Assembly: GCA_964572255.1 (NCBI GenBank)
Contig: CAZNEE010000001.1
Location: forward strand, 395,587-459,586
Direction: 5' to 3'
DNA from: an uncultured Planctomycetia bacterium
GTDB lineage: Bacteria; Omnitrophota; Gorgyraeia; Tantalellales; Tantalellaceae
Length of the DNA stretch: 64,000 nucleotides
Below are positions 46,782 to 56,220 of the stretch, piece after piece; position 1 is the stretch's first letter; each line of letters begins with the position of its first letter. A program made the translations under genes and the position numbers. A model generated the notes under the pieces. The model was not told where the DNA came from. It made no database searches and saw only the letters and a program-made list of their open reading frames with translations.

Positions 46782-47120
46782 ATGCTTACGATCAGAAAAA
46801 AACAGGGTTTTACGCTTGTTGAAATAATGATAGTTGTTGCCATTATCGGCTTATTGGCAGCGGTGGCTATACCGAATTTTATGCGCTCGAGGGAAAGAGC
46901 GCAGACCAATGCCTGCATTTCGAACTTGAAGCAGATAGCGGGAGCGAAGACATTATGGGCGATCGATTACGGCGCTATTACAGGAGATCCCGTTATGATG
47001 TCTGATCTGTGCACGGCATATTTTAAGACCGCACCTCAATGCCCCGCGGGGGGAACATACACACTGGGAGCGGTAGGGACCGAACCGACATGCAGTGTTT
47101 CCGGACATGAATTGCCTTAG
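46782..47120 (+). CDS. pilA: Type IV pilin, tandem copy 2
   Basis: KKQG then FTLVEIMIVVAIIGLLAAVAIPNF. A paralog of copy 1, identical over the N-terminal helix. Confidence 0.75.
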   Translation: MLTIRKKQGFTLVEIMIVVAIIGLLAAVAIPNFMRSRERAQTNACISNLKQIAGAKTLWAIDYGAITGDPVMMSDLCTAYFKTAPQCPAGGTYTLGAVGTEPTCSVSGHELP

Positions 47121-47138
47121 ATTTACAAGTCTTATCAC

Positions 47139-47486
47139 ATGAAAGTGATCTATCAAAAAAAAGGTTTCACTCTCATCGAAATAGTGCTTGTCGCCACTGT
47201 TATTGCCTTTTTGGTGGCTCTGGTCGTTCCGAATGCCATGCGCGCCAGGCAAAGATCACAGACGAATACATGCATTACGAATTTAAAACAGATAGCGGGC
47301 GCAAAAACCTTATGGGCTATTGAGGGGGGCCTGGTGAGCGGGGATACGATAGATCTTGCCGACATTATTTCGGCGTATTTCAAGGAAACGCCTGTCTGCC
47401 CCGCGGGAGGTACTTATACCATAGGAATGGTCGGTGTTGATCCCGCTTGCAATGTTCCGGGCCATGTTCTTCCGGAAAATGAATAG
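47139..47486 (+). CDS. pilA: Type IV pilin, tandem copy 3
   Basis: QKKG then FTLIEIVLVATVIAFLVALVVPN. More diverged paralog. Confidence 0.75.
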   Translation: MKVIYQKKGFTLIEIVLVATVIAFLVALVVPNAMRARQRSQTNTCITNLKQIAGAKTLWAIEGGLVSGDTIDLADIISAYFKETPVCPAGGTYTIGMVGVDPACNVPGHVLPENE

Positions 47487-47515
47487 ATCAAGATGAGCCG
47501 CGTCCCGTCATATTT

Positions 47516-49372
47516 ATGCATACACGTCGCGAAAATATATTAATCATTCTCATTCTTTTTACCGCTTGCGTTGTAACGTATCTGGCATCGGTCAATTTCG
47601 GGTTTATCTGGGATGACGAGTATTTAGTCGTCAATAACGCTCTTATCAGAGCTCCTTTATGGTCGTTCCAGCCGTTCAAGCAGGACATAATAAATTCGAA
47701 TTTTGTCTACACGATATACTATCGGCCCCTCCAGATATTAAGTTACGCTGTTGATTACCGCATTTGGGGGCTATCGCCGTTCGGGTTTCATCTTTCGAAT
47801 ATTTTATTTCATTTTTTGAACGGGCTGCTCGTTTTTGCGCTCACCTTTAAACTCACGGATAAAAAAGACATAGCGGCCCTTACGGCGATCTTTTTCCTGG
47901 TGTATCCGCTGCACGCGGGAGCCGTATCATACGTTTCGGGGAGAGCGGACCTGGTGTCATTCTTTTTCGGGTTTTTATTTTTTATTTTCTTTTTGCTTTT
48001 TAAAGAGAAGGGGAAGATCGGTCTATTCGCGGGCAGTGTGATCTTTCTCTTGGCCGCCGTTCTGAGCAAGGAAATAGCTCTTATATTTCCGGTACTGCTT
48101 CTTCTGGCGGATTATATCATGCTTAAGGGGAAGTACAGGTTCAGGATCATCCATCACGTGCCGAATTTTATTTTAGCCGCTTCTTATATTTTCCTTCATC
48201 ACGCCCTTTTCAGCGGAAGATATTCACCGCTGTTAAAAGGCGGCTTTTTAAAAAAGGCCCTTGATTACTTCACCATGACAGGAGAATTTTTTCTTCTTAG
48301 CTTTGCTCCCGTAAATCTCTACATGCGGCGGGAGATCCACATGACCTCTTTCGAGCTGGCAGGACTGATGATCCTTTTAGGCATCATCTTTTTTCTCATG
48401 TTCCGTTTTAAAGACATCAGGAGGATATCCTTTTTCGGTATCATGTTTTTCGCAGCGGCGCTTATTCCTCTTGTATTTGTCATGGATCATTTCGGCGTTT
48501 TCGCGGAACACTGGATGTATGTTGCCAGTTACGGCGTATTTCTTCTTATCTCCGCGGTCTTGATAAGGCTTTTCCGGCAAAAAAATGTTTTCCAAAAAGT
48601 ATTAGCGGTCGCTTTAATTTTGTTTTTAATATTTTTTCACGCTTCCGGAACGGTCGGCCAGGTTGCTCACTGGAGGGATGATGTCGCCTTGAGCGACCTG
48701 ATTCTCGCCTCTTCCGGAAAGGATTCGGCCGCCGTGTTCTACAAGGCAGCTTCTTTTATGAGAAATAGATCGCCTTTGCGGTCGATAGAGTTGATGGATG
48801 AATATGTCGGACAAAGCCCCTCGGATCTCAGAACGCTTTATATAAGAGGAAGGCTTAATTTGGCGGCGGGGAACACGGAAAAAGCGGTTAAGGATTTTAA
48901 AAGAGCGATCGAGATAAATCCTCTTTACGATAATGGGCATTTGGGCATGGCATACGCGTCTTTTATTTATGGCGATGATGAAAAGGGGATAAGTTATCTG
49001 GAACGCGTAATTGAAATAAACCCGAAGCACAGAGAGGCGCTTTTGGTCTTGAGCACGGCATACTCTTCGGCGGGCGAGAATGAAAAGGCCCTGGAGGCGG
49101 CTGAAAAAGCTAAAAAAATGAATCCTTATGATTACAACGCCATTGTGAATTTGGGCACCGCGTATTCACGCATGGGGGGCCTGCAGGAAGCGGCGACACT
49201 TTATTTAAAAGCTATTGATCTTTATCCGGAAAGGCCCGTTCCATATTATAACCTGGGCTATGTTTTTTATCTGGGAGGGGAGAAAGAAGAAGCTGAGATA
49301 TATCTTCGGAAGGCTTTGGAAATAGACCCCAATTTCCGGCAGGCGATCGAGCTGTTAAACAAACTAAAATGA
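47516..49372 (+). CDS. TMTC-like GT-C membrane glycosyltransferase (DUF1736/PMT-like) with C-terminal TPR repeats; candidate pilin O-glycosyltransferase
   Basis: N-terminal FIWDDEYLVVNN...YYRPLQILSYAVDYRIWGLSPFGFHLSNILFH matches the TMTC family signature (DD(E) loop and YRPL motif). About 10 TMs, then TPR repeats. It lies directly 3' of the three pilin genes. Confidence 0.55.
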   Translation: MHTRRENILIILILFTACVVTYLASVNFGFIWDDEYLVVNNALIRAPLWSFQPFKQDIINSNFVYTIYYRPLQILSYAVDYRIWGLSPFGFHLSNILFHFLNGLLVFALTFKLTDKKDIAALTAIFFLVYPLHAGAVSYVSGRADLVSFFFGFLFFIFFLLFKEKGKIGLFAGSVIFLLAAVLSKEIALIFPVLLLLADYIMLKGKYRFRIIHHVPNFILAASYIFLHHALFSGRYSPLLKGGFLKKALDYFTMTGEFFLLSFAPVNLYMRREIHMTSFELAGLMILLGIIFFLMFRFKDIRRISFFGIMFFAAALIPLVFVMDHFGVFAEHWMYVASYGVFLLISAVLIRLFRQKNVFQKVLAVALILFLIFFHASGTVGQVAHWRDDVALSDLILASSGKDSAAVFYKAASFMRNRSPLRSIELMDEYVGQSPSDLRTLYIRGRLNLAAGNTEKAVKDFKRAIEINPLYDNGHLGMAYASFIYGDDEKGISYLERVIEINPKHREALLVLSTAYSSAGENEKALEAAEKAKKMNPYDYNAIVNLGTAYSRMGGLQEAATLYLKAIDLYPERPVPYYNLGYVFYLGGEKEEAEIYLRKALEIDPNFRQAIELLNKLK

Positions 49373-49497
49373 GCATGTCAAGTTAGCACTCTTTCTTGAC
49401 ATTATATTAGCCATATGATACTCTTAATTGAAATATATACTATTATTTTTAATTATTTTATGAGTTTTCGCATTAGACACATATACCCTGATTGAAT

Positions 49498-50523
49498 ATG
49501 ATCGTTAAATTTGGCCAAAAAACCCAGGAATCTGTAGGGCTCGATATAGGGGACTATTCTATCAAGGTAAGTTCCATCAAAAAAGAAGCCGACAGGAACA
49601 TTCTTACCTCATATAATTTAAAAAAGATCCCCCCGGAAGGAAACAAGGCGGAGAAACTTTCTCAGCTGATCAAAGAGACGCTGGATGAAGTGGGGGTTGC
49701 CCCGGAAGACGTGAATTTCTCTGTGTCGGGCTCTGATGTTATAGTGAGATTCATCGATCTTCCCAAGATGACCAAAGAACAGCTGGACAATTCAATGGCT
49801 TATGAGGCCGAAAAATATATACCGTTTAACGTGAATGAAGTGGTAATGGATTCGGTGATACTCGGACGGGCTTCAGAAGCGGGGCAGATGAGGGTCCTTC
49901 TTGCGGCGGTGAAGAAAGATTATCTCGAATCAAGGATCAAAGTGGTGGATAAGCTCGGCTTCGGGGTCAATGTAGTGGATATAGATCCTTTTGCCGAGTT
50001 CAATGCTTTTTTAGCCGCGAAGAACAATCTCCCCAAGGATAAAGGGACCGCCTTTTTTGATTTCGGGCATACGCATACCAATATGCTGATATCCATAGGC
50101 GAAGCCCCGTGTTTCATGAGGCAGATACAGATAGGCGGCGCGGACATAACAAATACGATAGCGGAGGACCTGGGGATCTCCGCTAAAGAAGCCGAAGAAT
50201 TGAAGACCAAAAGCGATGAAGAGACGAAAAATAAAGTCTCCCGGTCAACTTTTTCGGTTCTCGATGAACTTATCAAGGAGATGCAGCTTTCATTCGGCTA
50301 TTTTGAGAACAGGTTCAATGAGCCCATCGGCAACTTTTATTGTTCCGGGGGGCAGACATACCAGCAGGGAGTTATTGAATATATACAGGAAAAGGTCGGT
50401 GCTAAAGTGGACAGATGGGACCCGACTGCCGGAATGGTCTTGGCCGAAGACCTTTCAAAAGAAGCGGTCAGTTCCATCGGCTCTCAGCTTGCGGTAAGTA
50501 TCGGATTAGCATTAAGAGGTTGA
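49498..50523 (+). CDS. pilM: Type IV pilus assembly protein PilM (actin-like ATPase fold)
   Basis: VGLDIGDYSIKVS N-terminus, about 340 aa. It is followed by pilNOPQ. Confidence 0.8.
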   Translation: MIVKFGQKTQESVGLDIGDYSIKVSSIKKEADRNILTSYNLKKIPPEGNKAEKLSQLIKETLDEVGVAPEDVNFSVSGSDVIVRFIDLPKMTKEQLDNSMAYEAEKYIPFNVNEVVMDSVILGRASEAGQMRVLLAAVKKDYLESRIKVVDKLGFGVNVVDIDPFAEFNAFLAAKNNLPKDKGTAFFDFGHTHTNMLISIGEAPCFMRQIQIGGADITNTIAEDLGISAKEAEELKTKSDEETKNKVSRSTFSVLDELIKEMQLSFGYFENRFNEPIGNFYCSGGQTYQQGVIEYIQEKVGAKVDRWDPTAGMVLAEDLSKEAVSSIGSQLAVSIGLALRG

Positions 50524-50591
50524 TAGTAGTAAGCGGATTACGCGAAAGGTATCCACTATTCGCGTAGCCCACTCACAACATATAACGAATT

Positions 50592-51263
50592 ATGATAGAG
50601 ATAAATTTACTGCCGAAAGAACTCAGGAAAAAGAAGAAGAAAGCGAAAGAGGTTTCGGTTTCCTCTATTTCTCTGCCGGTTTTTGAGGCGCAGATCCTGC
50701 CGATATGCGCGGGCGTGATAGGCCTTTTTATCTCGCTCAATATCATCGTGTCGTTCTTGACCGGCGTCAACAATTTCAGGGCCGCGAGGATGGGGTCCAC
50801 GTGGACCGAACTCCAGCCTCAAAAAGAAATAATGGATAGAATGAAAAAAGAGAGAGGCGAGCTTGAAATAAAATTGGGGCTGGCCAACAAGGTCAGCAAT
50901 CCTTATGTCCAATGGACGCGATTGCTCAGCGGGCTTAATCAGTCGGTGATCCCCGGAATTTGGCTAGAGTCTTTCAAACCGGTTTTTCCCGCGGCAGGCA
51001 GGAAGGGCAGCGCGGAGAGCGCTAAATTCCCCACAATGCTTAAACTTAACGGGTATGCTTTAGGGGAGAGCGAGGTGGCGACCGCGACCGTCGCGAGATT
51101 CATAAACAGCCTCAAGAGCAATGAAGATTTTTCCACGTTTTTTGATGATATCGAGATGCAGGATATACGGAGCAAAGTGATGGACGGCAAGGAAGCCATG
51201 CAGTTCGATATTTTGTGTAGATTTAAACCAAGGGGAACGGCCCCCGCGGCCGGGAAAAGGTAA
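50592..51263 (+). CDS. pilN: Type IV pilus assembly protein PilN
   Basis: MIEINLLPKE N-terminus (INLLP motif) and a single TM. Confidence 0.75.
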   Translation: MIEINLLPKELRKKKKKAKEVSVSSISLPVFEAQILPICAGVIGLFISLNIIVSFLTGVNNFRAARMGSTWTELQPQKEIMDRMKKERGELEIKLGLANKVSNPYVQWTRLLSGLNQSVIPGIWLESFKPVFPAAGRKGSAESAKFPTMLKLNGYALGESEVATATVARFINSLKSNEDFSTFFDDIEMQDIRSKVMDGKEAMQFDILCRFKPRGTAPAAGKR

Positions 51264-51265
51264 AA

Positions 51266-51880
51266 ATGGCGAATATAAATCCGGGCCTGGATGAGCTTAC
51301 GGAAAAAATTCAGGTGTTTCTCAGCGATGAGAAACACAGGACCTATACGATTATCGGCGGAACTGTCCTCATAGCGGTATTTTACACCATGTTCGCCGTT
51401 ATCCCCGGCATAGGCAGGCTGTCGGAAGCTTCCGGAAAAGCCGGTGTTCTAAAGAAAAAGATCAATATCGTCAGAAAACATGCCGCGCAAATGAATAATT
51501 TCCAGGCTCAGCTTGAAACGCTCAAAACGCGCGACAAAAGCTATGCCAAGCAGTTCTCCGATAAAAAAGAAACAACGGTTCTCCTGGAAGAGTTCGCCCA
51601 GATGGCGCGGAAATATGATGTTGATATAGTGAGCATCACCCCTTTAGAACCGGCGAAACCGGCCCAACAGGCGGATAAAACAAAACAATATTTTGAGGAG
51701 ATGCCGCTTCTTATAACGGCTAAAAGCGGGTATCACCAGCTCGCGCATTTCGTGAACGATCTTGAAAGCGGGAGCCGCCTCATAACTGTCGAGGATCTTG
51801 AGATAACCGATGATAAGAAGAATGCCTGGCGGCATAACGTAAGAATCGTTTTAAAAACATATATTGCGGCGAGCCTATAA
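51266..51880 (+). CDS. pilO: Type IV pilus assembly protein PilO
   Basis: Bitopic protein with a coiled coil and a C-terminal GYHQLAHFVNDLE...RLITVEDLEI pattern. Confidence 0.7.
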   Translation: MANINPGLDELTEKIQVFLSDEKHRTYTIIGGTVLIAVFYTMFAVIPGIGRLSEASGKAGVLKKKINIVRKHAAQMNNFQAQLETLKTRDKSYAKQFSDKKETTVLLEEFAQMARKYDVDIVSITPLEPAKPAQQADKTKQYFEEMPLLITAKSGYHQLAHFVNDLESGSRLITVEDLEITDDKKNAWRHNVRIVLKTYIAASL

Positions 51881-51881
51881 T

Positions 51882-52244
51882 ATGAAAGCAGCAAGTACAA
51901 TATTGATCATTTTATTTTTATGCCCGGCGGTTGTTCTTGCCGGCAAAGAAGTCCCCGCGGAGAAATTCAAGTATAATTCGTACGGACGGAGGGATCCCTT
52001 TGTTCCTCTTGTCGGCATAAAAGAGCGCAGAGGGACAGGAGGGGTCGCGAGCATCCTTACGGTGGAGGATATTTCGCTTCAAGGGATCCTGACAAATCCT
52101 GACGGGACAAAAAGCGTTGTTATAAACGGCGATATAATGAAAGAAGGAGATCAGATAGAACGCCTGAAAGTCGTGCAGATAGGCGAAAATTCCGTGAAAG
52201 TAGAACTTAATGACACAAATTACGATCTAAAACTGTATAAATAG
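51882..52244 (+). CDS. pilP: Type IV pilus assembly lipoprotein PilP
   Basis: Signal peptide with LFLC lipobox, an RRDPF motif, and a beta-domain (VVINGDIMKEGDQI...VVQIGENSVKVEL). Confidence 0.65.
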   Translation: MKAASTILIILFLCPAVVLAGKEVPAEKFKYNSYGRRDPFVPLVGIKERRGTGGVASILTVEDISLQGILTNPDGTKSVVINGDIMKEGDQIERLKVVQIGENSVKVELNDTNYDLKLYK

Positions 52245-52263
52245 ATCACAAAAGGGGGAGGGT

Positions 52264-53883
52264 ATGGTTACCACTAGAACAAATGCGGCAATAAAGATCC
52301 TGAGCGTTATTCTTGTTTTCGTTTTCGCGACTTTCAATATCGAAAGCTGCGCGTTTGCCCAGAGCGAGGGTTCCGCGGGGCAGATGCAGCCGGACATGCC
52401 GAAACCGGGCAATGTCACCGTGAACTTCAAGGACGTCGATATTTTATCCGTCCTCAACTATCTTTCGGAAGTAAGCGGTGTGGATATTGTCCCGTCACCC
52501 GGCGTCGATGCCGTGGTCACGATGAAATTGAGGGATAAACCCTGGGAAGTCGCGCTGGATATCGTGACAAGGAATTATGGTTACGTTTATTCTCGCGAGG
52601 GGAATATAATCCGCGTTGTTCCGAAAAGCAAACTGCAGATGGAAGAAGCTATTACGGAGGTTATTCCTCTGAACTATGTTGTTGAGGATACCGAGGGCAA
52701 GGAAAAGAATATAACGAAACTAATGGAAGCGGTTACATATATCATTGACGAGAGGGCAGGCGAAAAGGCGACTTTTCTTCCGAGTGCGAACGCTATGGTA
52801 GTGACAACTATTCCCACGAGAATGACCGCTATAAAAGAGATGGTGAATAAGGTCGATAAGAAAACGCCGCAGATCATGCTGGAAGCGAAGGTCATAGAGA
52901 TCACACTGGACAGGAACGATCAGTTCGGCGTGGATTGGAATGCCGTTGTTACTGCTGCGGGCGCTCAAAGGCCAACTACTTTTCCTTTCACGAATACTGG
53001 TATTTTAAATTTTTTACCTGGAGAACAAAGAAGATATTTTCCAACTGATACAACGGGTATCGACAGTGCCGTTTTTCCTCTTACGGATACCACCCCGATA
53101 AGTGCAGTTACGGTTGCAGAATATTTTCAATATGGCACTCTTGATTTCAGCACTTTTACTGCAACACTCAGACTCATTGATGAATGGGATAATACGAACA
53201 TCATATCAAGCCCCAGAATTACAACATTGAACAACCAAACTGCCGTAATAAAAGTCATAACCAATTTATACCTACAGAAGCAGCAGAAAACTACAGATAC
53301 AGCAACGACGGTTACCGTTGAATTCGAAAAAGATCCAAGAGAAATTGGTGTTATTCTTGAAGTTACCCCTCACGTTAATGATAGAGGTGAGATAGCAGTA
53401 AATCTTAAACCGGAAGTTTCCAGTGACATCACCTTTCAGACATTAGAAGTGCAAGGCGGCAATCAAACCCAAGCTTTAAGGTATAACACCAGATCCGCAG
53501 ATACTCAGATAATGGTTAAAGACGGAGAGACTATTTTTATTGGTGGCCTTATAAGCGAGACGATCACAAAAGAGGACCATAAGCTTCCTATTTTGGGCGA
53601 TCTTTTCGGGGGGATACCGGTTATTGGCAGTGCCTTCAAGTACGAACAGGATAATAAAGATAAAACTGAAGTTGTTTTCTTTGTTACTGTCCATTTGTTA
53701 AAAGACGGTGTACATTCAATAAAAGCATCAGATACAGTTGATGAGTATAATAAGCATTTTCCGAAGAAAGAGCCCATTATACTGCAGGGGCAAGTAAAGT
53801 CTGTAGAGCATCAGGAAGAGATAGCAGTAGCCGCGGCGGAAGAAAAAAAATATAAACCGTTTTTGGATTTCAGGAAAAAATAA
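52264..53883 (+). CDS. pilQ: Type IV pilus secretin PilQ
   Basis: C-terminal secretin domain (TPQIMLEAKVIEITLDRNDQFGVDW ... GETIFIGGL...LPILGDLFGGIPVIGSAFK...TEVVFFVTVHLL). 539 aa. Confidence 0.85.
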   Translation: MVTTRTNAAIKILSVILVFVFATFNIESCAFAQSEGSAGQMQPDMPKPGNVTVNFKDVDILSVLNYLSEVSGVDIVPSPGVDAVVTMKLRDKPWEVALDIVTRNYGYVYSREGNIIRVVPKSKLQMEEAITEVIPLNYVVEDTEGKEKNITKLMEAVTYIIDERAGEKATFLPSANAMVVTTIPTRMTAIKEMVNKVDKKTPQIMLEAKVIEITLDRNDQFGVDWNAVVTAAGAQRPTTFPFTNTGILNFLPGEQRRYFPTDTTGIDSAVFPLTDTTPISAVTVAEYFQYGTLDFSTFTATLRLIDEWDNTNIISSPRITTLNNQTAVIKVITNLYLQKQQKTTDTATTVTVEFEKDPREIGVILEVTPHVNDRGEIAVNLKPEVSSDITFQTLEVQGGNQTQALRYNTRSADTQIMVKDGETIFIGGLISETITKEDHKLPILGDLFGGIPVIGSAFKYEQDNKDKTEVVFFVTVHLLKDGVHSIKASDTVDEYNKHFPKKEPIILQGQVKSVEHQEEIAVAAAEEKKYKPFLDFRKK

Positions 53884-53898
53884 ATTCAAACTCCTCCT

Positions 53899-54234
53899 AT
53901 GAATATCCGCTATGAAGCAGTCTTCCATAAGAAGGGAGATATGAAATATATCTCCCATCTGGATCTCATGAAACTTTTTCGCAGGGCGATGAGAAGAACG
54001 GATCTCCCCGTTGTCCTCACGAAAGGGTTCACTCCGAGAGTCAAGATCAGCATACCTAAAGCGCTTAAGCTGGGCGCTGAAAGCGATAATGAGAACATGT
54101 CCTTGTGGATGACCGAAAAGATAGAACCTGAGCGGGTACAAAAAACCATAAACGCCGAACTGCCCAACGGCATAAAAATACTGATACTGGGGACGTCCTA
54201 TTCAGGGACACCCCTAAGCACAGAAAAAGAATAA
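53899..54234 (+). CDS. DUF2344 (TIGR03936-like) protein, short form; usual partner of the TIGR03960 radical SAM and RNase G/E
   Basis: MNIRYEAVFHKKGDMKYISHLDLMKLFRRAMRRTDLPVVLTKGFTPRVKISIPKALKLGAES matches the DUF2344 N-terminus. Only 111 aa. Confidence 0.55.
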   Translation: MNIRYEAVFHKKGDMKYISHLDLMKLFRRAMRRTDLPVVLTKGFTPRVKISIPKALKLGAESDNENMSLWMTEKIEPERVQKTINAELPNGIKILILGTSYSGTPLSTEKE

Positions 54235-54269
54235 TTTTGCGGGTTTTTATATATTTTAGAAAGGCATAA

Positions 54270-55817
54270 ATGCATACGAGAAGATCAGGAGCAAAAGAAC
54301 ATAAAAAGACGGGCAAAGAAGTCATTGTAAATGTAGGCCCCGTTGAGAAACGGATCGCGCTTTTAGCTGACGGAAAATTGGCGGATTTTTTCATGGAACG
54401 GGAAGGGATCGAGCAGCACGCCGGAAGCATTTATAAGGGGAAAGTGAGCTCGATCATACCCGGCATCGAAGCCGCTTTTGTCGATATAGGGCATAAGAAG
54501 AACGCGTTTCTTCATGTAAGCGATGTCGTGGATAAAAGTTCAGTGCTTAAGGAGATACTTCCGGATGAAGATGAGCCGGTCATACAGGTACAAAAAAAAG
54601 GGAAACAGCCCAGGATACAGGATATCCTGAAAACCGGCCAGGAGATCATGGTGCAGATCGTAAAGGAATCCATCGGCACAAAAGGGGCGAGGGTGACATC
54701 ATACATAAGTATTCCGGGCAGGTATCTGGTCCTCACGCCTTTTGACGGAGGATTCGGAGTCTCGCGGCGCATAGGAAACAGAGAAGAACGGAAACGGATC
54801 AGGGAAATATTGACCAAGATAAAAGCCCCCTCCGATGTGGGATGTATAGTCAGGACGGTCGCGGAGAACAGGTCCGAAAAAGAGCTTAAAGACGAGTTCA
54901 GATATCTTCTGAATCTGTGGGAAAGGGTCAGGAACAGAGAGAAACGCCAGCCGGCGCCTGCCATGATCTATGAAGAATACGGTATTATACTCAGGATGAT
55001 ACGCGACCGTTTTACCGAAGACATAAGCCAGTTCATAGTTGATTCAAAAGACGAGTATAACCGCATCATCAAATTTCTCAAAGCTTTCATGCCGTCGCTC
55101 AGGCAGAAAGTGAAGTTATATAACGGTAAAGTCCCCCTTTTTCAGAAATATGATATAGAAAAAGAAGTGGACATGATATTCGAGAGGAAGATCCCTCTTA
55201 AGAGCGGGGGGTATCTCGTTATTGAACAAACGGAAGGCCTTGTTGCTATCGATGTAAACACCGGAAGCTATACCGGGAAAAAGGGCTTGGAATACACCGC
55301 TTTCAGGACCAACATTGAAGCGGCGGAAGAGATACCGAGACAATTGCTTTTAAGGGATGTCGGCGGGATAATCATCATTGATTTCATTGATATGGAAGAG
55401 AAACATCACCGTGATAAAGTTTTCGAAAAACTCCAGGAAAACCTGCGCGGCGATAAAGCAAGGATAAATGTAAGAGGCATATCCCAGTTCGGCATAGTCG
55501 AGATGACGCGCCAGAGGCAGAGAAAAAGCATAGAAAGCACTTCCCACATCGAATGCCCTTATTGCGGGGGAAAGGGTTCGGTAAAGAGCTCAGAGACAAT
55601 AGCCATTGAAACGGCGAGAGAGGTCGATAAAGTGCTTTCAAAAAGCGCCAAGAAACATAAACATATAACTGTTACGATGCATCCGCATATTCACGCGGTA
55701 CTGGTGTCGGATCAGGCAAGGGTATTGCGTGACATACAGAGAAAATACCGCTGCAAGATAGATCTTAGGGAAGACAGATTATTGCATGTCGAGGATGTTA
55801 TAATAGAAGAAGCATAA
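54270..55817 (+). CDS. rng: Ribonuclease G (RNase E/G family)
   Basis: S1 domain (GSIYKGKVSSIIPGIEAAFVDIGHKKNAFLHVSDV), a DNase-I-like catalytic region, and a Zn-link CPYCGGKG. 515 aa. Confidence 0.85.
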   Translation: MHTRRSGAKEHKKTGKEVIVNVGPVEKRIALLADGKLADFFMEREGIEQHAGSIYKGKVSSIIPGIEAAFVDIGHKKNAFLHVSDVVDKSSVLKEILPDEDEPVIQVQKKGKQPRIQDILKTGQEIMVQIVKESIGTKGARVTSYISIPGRYLVLTPFDGGFGVSRRIGNREERKRIREILTKIKAPSDVGCIVRTVAENRSEKELKDEFRYLLNLWERVRNREKRQPAPAMIYEEYGIILRMIRDRFTEDISQFIVDSKDEYNRIIKFLKAFMPSLRQKVKLYNGKVPLFQKYDIEKEVDMIFERKIPLKSGGYLVIEQTEGLVAIDVNTGSYTGKKGLEYTAFRTNIEAAEEIPRQLLLRDVGGIIIIDFIDMEEKHHRDKVFEKLQENLRGDKARINVRGISQFGIVEMTRQRQRKSIESTSHIECPYCGGKGSVKSSETIAIETAREVDKVLSKSAKKHKHITVTMHPHIHAVLVSDQARVLRDIQRKYRCKIDLREDRLLHVEDVIIEEA

Positions 55818-55818
55818 T

Positions 55819-56220
55819 ATGCAGAATAATAAAGGTATAACGCTTATTGAAGTTGTAGTATCAATAGCTCTGGCAGCTGTGGTGATAGTTTCTGTCCTTG
55901 TCGTTGTCGCCCAGAACGCTACTTTTTCCGTTAGGATAGATTTGGTTTATGATTGCGCTAACCTTGCCAGAAAACAGATAGATGATCTTAAGCGTTACAA
56001 TTTTAGAGATCTCGACAGAGCGGCTGAAGTGAATACACGTGTTGATGAAGAGGGGCAACCTGACATCAGCGGTAATTATTATAGAACAACAGCGATCACA
56101 GAGGACTACGGCGGAAATGATTATCTTACAAAGGTGAAGGTGAGTGTGGATAAGATAATAGACGAGAAGGCTTCCGGCCATCCGGTTATTATAGAGACAT
56201 TATTTGCGGATGTAGACTGA
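55819..56220 (+). CDS. Minor pilin / pseudopilin (prepilin-type N-terminal methylation domain)
   Basis: NNKG then ITLIEVVVSIALAAVVIV is the class III signal. 133 aa. Confidence 0.65.
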   Translation: MQNNKGITLIEVVVSIALAAVVIVSVLVVVAQNATFSVRIDLVYDCANLARKQIDDLKRYNFRDLDRAAEVNTRVDEEGQPDISGNYYRTTAITEDYGGNDYLTKVKVSVDKIIDEKASGHPVIIETLFADVD

